Source: a virus (taxonomy: Duplodnaviria > Caudoviricetes). From it: 33,901 nt of DNA. The DNA is taken from positions 1 to 33,901 of the IMG/VR virus record IMGVR_UViG_3300028129_000033; one strand, given 5' to 3'. Made by a program: the position numbers and the translations under genes. Under the pieces are notes generated by a model that did not search any database, was not told the origin of the DNA, and worked only from the letters and a program-made list of their open reading frames with translations. This document shows positions 7,733 through 17,700 of this stretch, piece after piece. Numbering within the stretch: position 1 is the stretch's first letter; each line of letters begins with the position of its first letter.

Positions 7733-8656
7733 TTATGATAGTGTAACACTATTAAAATATGTAGGTGCAATTGCTGCAACATCACCGGTAGCTCTATAAT
7801 GCTGTATAGTGCTACGTAAAATTCCGTCTACATTGTTATCTATTACATTATCCACTGCTAGATCATTAAATTCAATTCTAAAAATAATTCTAGTTTCAAA
7901 ATCAGATCTTACTTTAACAGTGTATGTATTAGCTGCATAAATTCCTGAACCAACACCTGAACCAACTTTGTTATAAACGTTTTGGTAATTGCTAGTTAAG
8001 TTATAATTACCTATAGACGTTCCGCCACCAGCTGTTGATATTGTAGTATTTGCACTAAATCTAATAGTACCTGTACTTGAACACAATTGTGCCCAGTCTA
8101 GACCTTTAGGTGTACCCGAACTACTGTTAGACGAAGTAATTCTTATTTCGCCGCCAGTATTAAAAAAATGTCTTCGCTCATCTGCACTAGAAAAAGTAGC
8201 GATAAATTCATGATAAATTAAGCCGTTCCATGTTGAAGATCTAACTGTACTAATAGCAGGTTCTAAAGTTGCTTGACTAGAATCAACTATTGCTTTATCA
8301 GCTTCAATAGTCGACATTAAAGATTCAAAATCCGATAATCCTTTTTTGGCTCCTTCAGGATCTGCTGAAGTTACACCACTATCATCTACAAAGAAACTTT
8401 CATCCTCGGCAATCACGTTTAGATTTTGTACAACTTGTGCTACTGATAAGTCACCCGGGCCTACTTGGTGTACTCTAGCTTTTAGTACGTCAGCATAAAT
8501 TAAATTTAAATCTTCTGCTGTAATTACATCAGCTGCATTTGATACTTGGGCACTTGATAATGATTGTCCGTAGCCGTTTTGTCCTGCACCGTTACCTAAA
8601 ATAAGCTCTATACGAGATTGTAAATTGTTAATTCGTGCTGCTGTAATTTCTGCCAT
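7733..8656 (-). CDS. Putative virion structural protein (307 aa)
   Basis: AARINNLQSRIELILG..GYGQ..ITAED..IYADVLKARVHQ..RRHFFNTGGEIRI..DW..GNYNLTS; clear paralog of the downstream gene. Confidence 0.7.
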   Translation of the reverse strand: MAEITAARINNLQSRIELILGNGAGQNGYGQSLSSAQVSNAADVITAEDLNLIYADVLKARVHQVGPGDLSVAQVVQNLNVIAEDESFFVDDSGVTSADPEGAKKGLSDFESLMSTIEADKAIVDSSQATLEPAISTVRSSTWNGLIYHEFIATFSSADERRHFFNTGGEIRITSSNSSSGTPKGLDWAQLCSSTGTIRFSANTTISTAGGGTSIGNYNLTSNYQNVYNKVGSGVGSGIYAANTYTVKVRSDFETRIIFRIEFNDLAVDNVIDNNVDGILRSTIQHYRATGDVAAIAPTYFNSVTLS

Positions 8657-8665
8657 TTTGATACC

Positions 8666-10150
8666 TTATACTTTAAGTACGCATTCTACTAATTTTTCGC
8701 CTTCGTCGCTGTTGCTTTCTAATGCAACACCCACTAAAGAACCTCCGTTGATTGCAGTTCCTGCACAACCATTGTTGTTTACATATACTGCATCGCCTTT
8801 TGTTACAGAACCAACAACACGTACAGGTAGTCGTCCTTTAAGTCCAATATATTGTCCTTCAGCGTCACTATTCATCATTAAAGCAGGATCAGTTGAAACT
8901 ACTCCAATTGCCATACAGCCCGAGCTTACAGGCTCTACTTCTGCTTCTCCTTTACCAACACAAACTACTGTGCCAGGAGCAAGATCTTCTGCTGTAGAAT
9001 ATTTTTCTGCTAAGTCAGCATATCTTGCTTGTGTTGCTGTACCTTGGAATAAGTTTGCAGCAATATTTCCTGTTGCATCTCTAACTGCAACTGTATTATT
9101 TGATGCACTCACACTTGATGTACGGAACTCGCTGCCCACTCGTAATGCTGTTGCTCTTGATGCTTCACCTGTAAAGTTAGAAGCATAAACATTTGACCAG
9201 CCTAAACTAGCTGTACCTAATGAAAATGTATTATCTGCTGCTGGAACTACACTAGTATCATTAATTGTTGCTACATGTGTAAGTGTTCCAGCCGATGTAG
9301 TAACTTTAAATTTAATATTACTATTGTTTGTTACGTTTTGTATTAATCCATCGTAACCGTTGTCATCAATTTTAATTTGTAAATCATTTGAATCACCAAT
9401 TAATATGCCTGCGTCTGGTAATTCTAATCCTTCTGTAAACTGGATATTTGCGCCGCCGGAGGTTTGAATAAAATTACTTGCATCAACGCCGCCTAATTTT
9501 AGTGCGTTTGAAGTTGTTCCCCAAAAGTAATGATCCGTTGATGTAACACCATTTGTTGCTGTTTTAGTATTCTTTAATGTAACACCTTTTCTTAGTTTAT
9601 CGTAACCTTGTCCTTTTACTACAGTTTCACTTGCATTTAAATCAAACTCAGATGGGCTAATAATAAATATGATTTCATCTTCAATAACAGCGGTAATAAT
9701 GCTTTTGGTTCCGCCAAGTGCATCTACAACTTCGCGACTTTGCATTTGGGTTACACCTTCGCCTGCATTCTGCGGTCCTATAAGTACAAAACTTGTGCCG
9801 TTAAATACGTAAAGTTGATCGTTGCCGCTGTCCCACCAAAAGTCTCCGGTTGCTAATCCTGTTGGTTCTGTTACACCAATCTCTGCGCCGCCGGTTGTAC
9901 GCCATTTTGTACCATCATAGAATTTTAGTTTACTTGTACCGCTATCAAACCAAACTTGACCACTTAATGGTCTAGCTGGCTGATTAGCTCCACTAAAATT
10001 TTCTAGCAAAAATAGGAAATTTTCATTTTGAATTTCTCCATATCCTGCATAGTTTTTACCTATGAATTTAAGGTCAGTTGTTTGATCAACTGTACCGTCT
10101 TCTACTGTTGTTAACAGTGTGTTATTATATCTATCAATTGAATAAGCCAT
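8666..10150 (-). CDS. Tail fibre/spike protein with C-terminal intramolecular-chaperone (peptidase G2-like) domain (494 aa)
   Basis: Shared anchor GKNYAGYGEIQNENFLFLLENFS..P..PLSGQVWFDS; C-terminal YADLAEKY..PGTVV..IGVVSTDPA..IGLKGRLPVRVVG..KGD pattern. Confidence 0.75.
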   Translation of the reverse strand: MAYSIDRYNNTLLTTVEDGTVDQTTDLKFIGKNYAGYGEIQNENFLFLLENFSGANQPARPLSGQVWFDSGTSKLKFYDGTKWRTTGGAEIGVTEPTGLATGDFWWDSGNDQLYVFNGTSFVLIGPQNAGEGVTQMQSREVVDALGGTKSIITAVIEDEIIFIISPSEFDLNASETVVKGQGYDKLRKGVTLKNTKTATNGVTSTDHYFWGTTSNALKLGGVDASNFIQTSGGANIQFTEGLELPDAGILIGDSNDLQIKIDDNGYDGLIQNVTNNSNIKFKVTTSAGTLTHVATINDTSVVPAADNTFSLGTASLGWSNVYASNFTGEASRATALRVGSEFRTSSVSASNNTVAVRDATGNIAANLFQGTATQARYADLAEKYSTAEDLAPGTVVCVGKGEAEVEPVSSGCMAIGVVSTDPALMMNSDAEGQYIGLKGRLPVRVVGSVTKGDAVYVNNNGCAGTAINGGSLVGVALESNSDEGEKLVECVLKV

Positions 10151-10178
10151 TCTTGTGTAACCCCTAAGTGCTATATGT

Positions 10179-10186
10179 TATTTATC
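10179..10186 (-). promoter_or_regulatory. T4-like late promoter motif (GATAAATA)
   Basis: In the 39-bp intergenic gap, upstream of an AGGGG RBS (10165-10161) and the ATG at 10150. Confidence 0.6.
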
Positions 10187-10189
10187 GTT

Positions 10190-12082
10190 TTACGGATATG
10201 TCGATGTTGGTTGATCAATTACCCATATTGTTCCATTTGATACATACTGCATCAGTGCTCTTGCTGGTGTAAGGATAACATTACCACTAGCGCCTTCGGC
10301 AGCAAATGTAACACTCTGTACAACTGATTCATTTTGTGTTCCATTAGAATCAACAGGAATAAATGCAATATTCTTTGCTGACTCAACATCAACTCCTTCA
10401 ACTGTTGCTCCTGCATATGATGTTGTATGTATACGTGCAATCTTTCCGTTATTATCTGCATTAGCAGGATATAGATCGCCTAGATAAGCAGCAACATTGT
10501 TTTCTAATATTGCTCCTACGCCTAAACCAGTAACATCCATACTAAATGCTATTACTTCAGTAGATATTTGTGTATCTACATAATTTTTTGTTGCAGCATC
10601 TTGTGCAGCAGTTGGGTCAGCCATGCCAGTAATTTTCTGGCTGTCAGCAATATTGATGTCGCCGCCGGCTGTTATAGCAATGCCTGTTGTTGATGTAATT
10701 GCCATGTCATTGGTAGAACTAATAACTTTTCCGTTAATATTAATTTCATCAACTTGTAATACTGTAAGTGTACCGATTTGATCTAAATCTAGTGCTTTTG
10801 TAACATTTACAAGTGTATCATCTGTAAGTTTATCTACACCGCCAATTTTGTATGCTTTAGTTGTATCACTAATATCAACATTAACATTAGCCGTCCATGC
10901 ATTTGCTGTTGTTTGCCATGTCCATAATTTTTGTCCTACATCACTTGTGTCTAATACAAGGCCAGCATTGTTGGCCTCTGCACCTGTTAGTGTTGTTCCG
11001 TCTGCTGTTTTAGCAATTTCAATATTTTTATCTTCTACCCGTAATGTAGCAACATCAATACTTGTTGTGTCACCTTCAATTACCATATTACCTGTAACTC
11101 TTAGATCACCATCAATGTCAAAAGTATATTCAGGAAGTCTAAAGTCGCCTGCGTCTGTTCTGTTAAAAATACCTACTCTAGCTGTACTTGCATCAACGTA
11201 TATTGCGTCAACACTAACAGATCCGAGAGATGATGATTTTACACGCATACTAATATCGTGATCAGTTAGTTGGTTTTCAAAATAAAATCTCGGTCCAACA
11301 ACTTTTTGCACATGATTTTGTCCAAGTCCAATTGTTAATCCACCTGAGTTTTGTATGGTTAATGTACCAACTGTAACTCCGTCAGTAGTAGAAGGCAAAA
11401 ACGAGTCAGCTGTTCTAACTTGTCCGCTAGATGTAACTAGAGCATTTGCAGATTCTGCTGTTCCCCTCCATTTAAAATTACCTGGATCTATTAAATTAAA
11501 TCCTGGATAAATTATTCCGTCTGGATTATCTGCTGTGACAAGTCCTAAAACCCTTTGTGCATAGATTGGTGTAAATTGAATGTTACTAATTACTGCTGAT
11601 AGTGTGCCGCCTACATATAGATTTGCAACTGTACGTGATCTACTTTGTGTATCAAGTATGCTACTTATTTGGAAGCCACTAGTGCCCTGGTTCTTTGTAT
11701 ATTGCGGGCCAACTAATATTAAATCAGTCCCGTCATAGGCATGCATTTGGTTATTTTCGTTATCAATCCATAGATCACCTGCAACCATTTGTGGCCTAGT
11801 ATCATCTACAAATGGGCCACCACTTGATTTCCATACTGTTCCGTCATAAACTTTTAATCTCTGTTCTGCACTATCCCACCAAATTTGTCCTTTTAGTGGG
11901 TTACTAGGCGCAGCAGTATTACTAAAATTTTCTAATAATTTTATAAAGTTTTCGTTAAAATACTCACCATATCCGCTATAATTTCTACCAACTAACACAA
12001 GATTAGTACTACTCGTATCAATCTGTCCGTCAATTAAATCTGTAAGTAATGTTCCGTCTGTTTTGTTTAGTTGATAGCTCAT
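10190..12082 (-). CDS. Tail fibre protein (630 aa)
   Basis: Shared anchor GRNYSGYGEYFNENFIKLLENFS..PLKGQIWWDS; fibre-shaft motifs (DIDGDLRVTGNMVIEGDTTSIDVATLRVEDKNI) and a trimeric stalk/neck-like motif KITGMADPTAAQDAATKNYVD. Confidence 0.75.
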   Translation of the reverse strand: MSYQLNKTDGTLLTDLIDGQIDTSSTNLVLVGRNYSGYGEYFNENFIKLLENFSNTAAPSNPLKGQIWWDSAEQRLKVYDGTVWKSSGGPFVDDTRPQMVAGDLWIDNENNQMHAYDGTDLILVGPQYTKNQGTSGFQISSILDTQSRSRTVANLYVGGTLSAVISNIQFTPIYAQRVLGLVTADNPDGIIYPGFNLIDPGNFKWRGTAESANALVTSSGQVRTADSFLPSTTDGVTVGTLTIQNSGGLTIGLGQNHVQKVVGPRFYFENQLTDHDISMRVKSSSLGSVSVDAIYVDASTARVGIFNRTDAGDFRLPEYTFDIDGDLRVTGNMVIEGDTTSIDVATLRVEDKNIEIAKTADGTTLTGAEANNAGLVLDTSDVGQKLWTWQTTANAWTANVNVDISDTTKAYKIGGVDKLTDDTLVNVTKALDLDQIGTLTVLQVDEININGKVISSTNDMAITSTTGIAITAGGDINIADSQKITGMADPTAAQDAATKNYVDTQISTEVIAFSMDVTGLGVGAILENNVAAYLGDLYPANADNNGKIARIHTTSYAGATVEGVDVESAKNIAFIPVDSNGTQNESVVQSVTFAAEGASGNVILTPARALMQYVSNGTIWVIDQPTSTYP

Positions 12083-12085
12083 CTA

Positions 12086-14140
12086 TTATTGCCCCGTATA
12101 AATTATATAGTTTAATGCTAAGAACGGGTTCATAACATCAATTGCATTTCCAACTGTTGCGTCAGTTTTAATGCCTCCGCTTGATGCTATACCTTGTGTT
12201 CCGCCTAGTCCAGGTGCTACCGGAAGTTCAATTGCATTGTCGTCTACAGGTTCGCCTGCGCCAACACGTACACCATAAAACTGTGTACCCGAATCACCTT
12301 CTAAGTCATGTTCATGTTCTGGTAGATTATCAGTATTAATTATTTTAGATTCTGCACCAGCGTTTCCGCCAATAGCATCAGCAGCAATATCAGTTACTCT
12401 GTTTGCACTTGGACCTCCCATATTATCAAGACCTAATGGAAATCTACCTCTAAAATCTGGTAGTGCAAACGAACTAACACCGTTGTTAGTTAACAATGAA
12501 GGATCTTTAAAATTATATTGTATTGCTAACCACAATTGGTTATAGTCTGACTTTAATACTTCAGTGCCGTCACATAATAACCAACCTGCGGGCGCTTCTT
12601 CTCCACCATATGGCATAATTGCGCCTGCTGGTACTAACGGAATATCTTTTAAGAAATTGCGTTTAGATATTTTATATGCACCTGTAACGCCAGTAGTTCT
12701 GTTTATTAGTATTTCGTCGGCATTTTCAGCTTCAAAAACTGTTTCTTTATTGCTAATAAAACTGTTTGCAATACTTACCGCAAATGTTTTTGTGCTGCCA
12801 CCTGTCTGTCCGTCAAATTCAAAACTAGTAGGATTAACATCGCCACTTAGTGCAAATGTTGTAGCACTAGCAAGTCTGTCTGCAGATCCTGCTCGTCCGC
12901 TAACTGTGCCGCTTACATTACCTTGTATATTTCCAAAGAATGTAGTAGCATATACTTGGTCGTATTTGTTGTTGACTGTACCAATATTTCTTGAACTAGG
13001 TGCATCTGGTACAATATTTCCTGTTTGTAATATGCCTCCTATATCAACATCGCCGCCGATATATGCATTAAGAGCAACACCAATGCCGCCTGATGTAACA
13101 ATACTACCTGTGCCTATTGACGTTGAATCAATCGGGGTAGCAACTGTTATTACTCCAGTTTCTGCTTCACCTGTTTTAGGAGCAACTTTAACATTGCCCT
13201 TGACATCAAGTGATTCTTCAGGAGCTGATGTATTAATACCAATATTACCTGAACTATTAATACTCATTACTGTTGGTGTTAAATTACCACTACGTAGTCT
13301 AAAATCAATACTTGATCCGCTGGTATTATGTTGTATAATTCCTGTTTCGCCGTCAATTCCTAGTGCAACTTGTCCGCCGGTACCAATTTTTATACCATCA
13401 TTGCTTTTAACACTTAGTTGAAAATCTGTGCTACTTGCTGCATTTCCTCTTAAAAAATTGGTTGCAGGAATTATGTCGCCGCCGACAATTAAGTTTTCTG
13501 CTTTTTCAGAAATACCTCGGAACTTTAGCGTTTCTGTTCCTACAATAGCTTCGTCAGCAAGATTAATACCTGCTTGTATTCCCTGTCTGTATCCTGCAAT
13601 AGATGTCTTAGGAGTAAATGCTTGACTACTAACAATAGCAACTGGTTTATCTTTTACTTTAATTGATAGTACACTGTAAGTAATGTCGTTAGTGCCAACA
13701 ATAGATTGTGCAGCCGCACCTGTTAATAATCCGTCACTAAAGTCTGGACCAACTAATACCCAAGTACTACCTGTAAACAAATATAGCTGCTGACTTTCTG
13801 TGTTTACCCATAAGTCGCCTGCATTTGAATTTACTACTGCCGGTTCTGCACTTGCCTTTTTTAGTCCGCCACTAGCTACCCAATTAGTTCCGTCATAAAC
13901 TTTTAGTTGATCAACATTTTGTGTAGTATCATACCAAAGTTGACCTTCTACTGGTCTTTCAGGAGCATTAGGACTTGCAAAATTTTCTAGTAAATGTAAT
14001 AAGTCTTCTGCGATTGCTTGTCCGTACGCTGTTGTATTGCGTCCAGGTAGCATCAAACTAGTTTCGTCGTTTAATGTATTATCCTCAACAACAATTGATC
14101 CTTTATTAATTGTGTCAGTGTAATTTACTGTATATGGCAT
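12086..14140 (-). CDS. Short tail fibre / baseplate protein with phage tail collar domain (684 aa)
   Basis: Shared anchor GRNTTAYGQAIAEDLLHLLENFA..PVEGQLWYDT; collar motif PAGAIMPYGGEEAPAGWLLCDG..FALPDFRGRFPLG; HxH motif (NLPEHEH); terminal MNPFLALNYII as in T4 gp10/gp12-type tips. Confidence 0.85.
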   Translation of the reverse strand: MPYTVNYTDTINKGSIVVEDNTLNDETSLMLPGRNTTAYGQAIAEDLLHLLENFASPNAPERPVEGQLWYDTTQNVDQLKVYDGTNWVASGGLKKASAEPAVVNSNAGDLWVNTESQQLYLFTGSTWVLVGPDFSDGLLTGAAAQSIVGTNDITYSVLSIKVKDKPVAIVSSQAFTPKTSIAGYRQGIQAGINLADEAIVGTETLKFRGISEKAENLIVGGDIIPATNFLRGNAASSTDFQLSVKSNDGIKIGTGGQVALGIDGETGIIQHNTSGSSIDFRLRSGNLTPTVMSINSSGNIGINTSAPEESLDVKGNVKVAPKTGEAETGVITVATPIDSTSIGTGSIVTSGGIGVALNAYIGGDVDIGGILQTGNIVPDAPSSRNIGTVNNKYDQVYATTFFGNIQGNVSGTVSGRAGSADRLASATTFALSGDVNPTSFEFDGQTGGSTKTFAVSIANSFISNKETVFEAENADEILINRTTGVTGAYKISKRNFLKDIPLVPAGAIMPYGGEEAPAGWLLCDGTEVLKSDYNQLWLAIQYNFKDPSLLTNNGVSSFALPDFRGRFPLGLDNMGGPSANRVTDIAADAIGGNAGAESKIINTDNLPEHEHDLEGDSGTQFYGVRVGAGEPVDDNAIELPVAPGLGGTQGIASSGGIKTDATVGNAIDVMNPFLALNYIIYTGQ

Positions 14141-14152
14141 CTATATACTCCC

Positions 14153-14755
14153 TTACCCTGCCAAGCTCTGTATGCGAACAGTATAATCAATTTGAACTAA
14201 TCTATTCAAACTCTTTTGTACTGGATGGAAAATTACATGTGTTATTAATCTTCCTTCGCCGGATGCGCTATAACTGCGCAATCCTAATTCATCAAATACG
14301 TACGGACTATCAGTTGACGCCGCAGTATCAAAAGCATCTTGGCCGTTTGGTTCACCGTAATCAAGTAAACAAGTTACAATAATATCAGTATAGTTTGTAC
14401 CAGCAACGTGTCTAGTTTCTAATTTATTTCTAGCAGGATCTGTGTTGTTAACGCTTCTGTCGTCTACAACTTTTGAATATGTTTCGTTATACAATCCTGC
14501 ATTTGTACCTGTACTGTTTGGTGTTAGGTACGTAATTACTCCAGTAGGGTCAACACTAGTTCCACCGTTGCCAAGGCTTAATTTATTAATAAATCCTTCG
14601 CCGGCGTTAGCTAGACTTTCTGCAAGTGCAATACTCATGTTTTCATAGTGAATTGCATTGCGCTTGTCAATGTAAACTTTGTTAGTTTCCGGATCATATA
14701 TCTTGATATGACCTTGCACTACTACTCCGTTTGTATCTTTCATGTTATCGCTCAT
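14153..14755 (-). CDS. Putative baseplate structural protein (200 aa; occupies the gp8-like position)
   Basis: Beta-rich with FDELGL..LITHVIFHPVQK..IDYTVRI; sits between the giant wedge gene and the fibre genes; late promoter motif upstream. Confidence 0.6.
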   Translation of the reverse strand: MSDNMKDTNGVVVQGHIKIYDPETNKVYIDKRNAIHYENMSIALAESLANAGEGFINKLSLGNGGTSVDPTGVITYLTPNSTGTNAGLYNETYSKVVDDRSVNNTDPARNKLETRHVAGTNYTDIIVTCLLDYGEPNGQDAFDTAASTDSPYVFDELGLRSYSASGEGRLITHVIFHPVQKSLNRLVQIDYTVRIQSLAG

Positions 14756-14772
14756 TTATTTTTCCTATACTG

Positions 14773-14779
14773 TATTTAT
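14773..14779 (-). promoter_or_regulatory. T4-like late promoter motif (ATAAATA) overlapping the stop codon of the giant gene
   Basis: The minus strand reads GA-ATAAATA-CAGTATAGGAAAAATAA-ATG, with an AGGA RBS. Confidence 0.5.
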
Positions 14780-17700
14780 TCAGGTAGCTCTGTTGTTCCG
14801 GCACGTAAGAATCTAGCAATTGAATTTTCTGTATCTCCTAGGGATATACCGTTTTCTGTCCAGCTTCTTCCTTGTTTTTTAGTTACTGTTACTGATATTC
14901 CGTCTGCTGGTGCTGTAGAAAGTACTAGAGCATTAGCATTAACAGTAAATTCAGCAGCATGTGTAACATTGCCTTCCGGACTATCAAGTGCTATTGTTGG
15001 ATCAAACACATCCAATGTATTTTTTCTTTGTCTAATTCCGCCAACAAATACTTCAACTTCGTTAACTGAATCAACTGTAAATGGTATAGCAAACGTTGTT
15101 TGCACACCGTCAACTTCTTCCCTAAACGTATGTGTCATTGTAGCATCTGCATAAGGAACTGTTTTAGCTATATTTTGATCAAACACTTTTGATCCAGCAG
15201 TGTGTACATTTTTAACTCCTGTACCGAGTGTTCCTCTTCGTAGTTGACGCAATGTATTATTTTCTTTTACAAAATATTCAATACGTTCGCCGTCAATAAA
15301 GATAATACCTGGCAAATTTTGTCCTTTATTTGGCTCAGATAAATTACTTGCATCTTCTACTTCAATCCTTAAATCATGGTAATTTAAATTATTTGCTAAT
15401 GTAGTTGCTGATTTATCTAAACGTTTAAAGTGTGTTCTATTTAACATATCTTTAAATTGTCTAAATGCAAACTTAGTTCTACTTACAGGAGCAGTAAAAT
15501 GTATTACATCAATTTTATCATTTGTTGATGGTTGTCTAATTAATCTTACTTTCATTCCGTCATTAGTAACATAGTAATCAACACTAGGTGTTAACAATTC
15601 GTTGTTTACAGATACCCAAACATACTGTGCATCAGGAGCAGGCGAACGTAAACTAATTTCACCAGTTGTTAATCTAATGTAATTTACATAATCTAATTCA
15701 TCTGGAGACATTAGTTTTCTAGATACAACATCATAGTTAATTCTATCAATGTCTAACAAGTTATGATTTGAAAATTGGTATATTTCAATAGTATCATTTA
15801 ATGCAGGAGGTGTGTCAAATGTAACTGTTTTACCTGATACTCTATAATCACCGTCGGTGATTACAAATACATCAACAACATCGCCAGGAGTACCTACATC
15901 ATCTGCTAATATAATACTACTATTTGAAATTTCAAATCTCCAGTCAATTGGAGTTGTTTTTTCAACGCCATTTAAGAAAACTTTAATATCGTTCACTTCG
16001 AGGCTTCCCGAAGGATGTTGGAATGTTTCAACAGCAAATTCTTTTTGTCCTGTTTGCGGAATTACAAATTCAACATTGTATCCTGCTTTTAAAATTGTAT
16101 TATTTACTTTTACAATTAAGTTGTGTTCTGTTGGAATTGAGTAAAACGGAGATTGTAGTAATTCAAAATCAGCTAACGTGCCGTCACCGGTAAATGTATC
16201 TTTAGTAATTTGACTATAATTTACAGTATCTGAATTACCAAATGCTGTAAAGTGGATAGTTTTATTTGCATCTTGTACTTCATCAAATCTAATAGCTGCA
16301 AATAATCCTACTGTTTCTGTTTCTAAAACATCTACAGTTTTAGGAGTACCGTCAACTGTAACAGAAACTTGCATTCCTTCTACATATTTGACAGGAAGTG
16401 TGTATTCTTCTGACGTTCCGTCAGTAATTAACGTTCCAAAATCTAATATGCTTTGTATTCCTTGTGCTACTGCTATTATATTAAGTTCAGCACCTACTGT
16501 TGCACTAGCAAACGTAATAGTTTTATCTGTCCAATTAACTGTATAATCTGTGTTTGGCAATAATTGGTTGTTTAATTTTACAAATACTGCATCACTTGTG
16601 CTTGGCAGTACACCAAGACTATAAGTTAATGTGCTATCCATAATATAGCTTTGGCTAAAGATTTGACCTTGTCCGTCGCTATCTCTAGTATAAACTTTAA
16701 TATCTAAAGTATCTATTACTTGTCCTGGAACTAATTCTTCTGGGCCTTTGGATGTTGTAGGTGTAACAAATCCGTCGCCGTCTACAACAATATCTTCGGC
16801 ATTTAAACCAGTGGCTGTTGAATATACTAAATCTCCGCCGTTAATTTGTGTATCATAACTTGTTGGGTCTAGACCTATTGATCCATCACTTGACGATTTT
16901 CTTACAACAAATACATCTCCGTCTAATAGACTTATACCCAAATCTTGTACCAAAATTGTATCTGTTATGCCGTCACCGGTAATACTAGATGTAATAGCGT
17001 TTACATTAGTAGCCGATGTTCCAGGAATTTCATCTGTCCCTGCTACAAAATCAGGTGCGTCAATTCTCACACCGTTTTTGTACAAGTTGTACACAACGTT
17101 AGCTTCAAGAGGAGCACTTAATTGTACTGCAATTGTTGATCCGTCTGCTGTAAATACTTCATCTTCAAAAGTATTTTCAAATACATCCCAATTATCAGTA
17201 TACCAGCCTTGTGTATCCCAACCTGATGGTCCGGAAAAATCAAAACTACGTATTTCTACTCCGCCATAGTCAATTCCGTCTAATAACTGCGACAACTCTT
17301 TACCAAACATATTTGCACCTGGCTGATATGCAAATTTAATTCTATCTTCAGCACTTAATAAACTTATAGGCTTTTTATATTTGACTTGAATTGCCGCATT
17401 CAATGCAGGCGGTTTAGTAAATGTAATTCTACCTCTTTCTCTGTCATATGTTTTAGTTGTATCTTCAATATTAGTAAAGGTATATTTACTACGTAACTGT
17501 AGTACATTGTCTATGTAAACTTCAACCTTCTTTATATCAAGGTCCATAGGCCAGCCTAGATCATACCTTACTCTAGCTCCTGTACCTGTAAACGTTTCTG
17601 TTTCGTCAAGTGTGTCAAAAGTATAAGATCCAGCATTTCTATCAAACTTCATTGCTACTTTAGTTGACCTTACTAGTCCACCACCTAATACTGCTGTTAC

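Noticed and set aside
12564-13421. 285-aa plus-strand ORF, and similar ones at 8625..9188, 10848..11261 and 14648..15154
   Set aside because: Antisense to well-supported structural genes. The P/V/L/S-rich composition is what the reverse complement of G/T/N/D-rich fibre codons gives.
6622-14775. Rho-independent terminators, tRNAs or a DGR template/variable repeat near the fibre genes
   Set aside because: Intergenic gaps are under 70 bp with no GC-rich stem plus U-tract or cloverleaf; no reverse transcriptase or adenine-mismatched repeat pair was seen.
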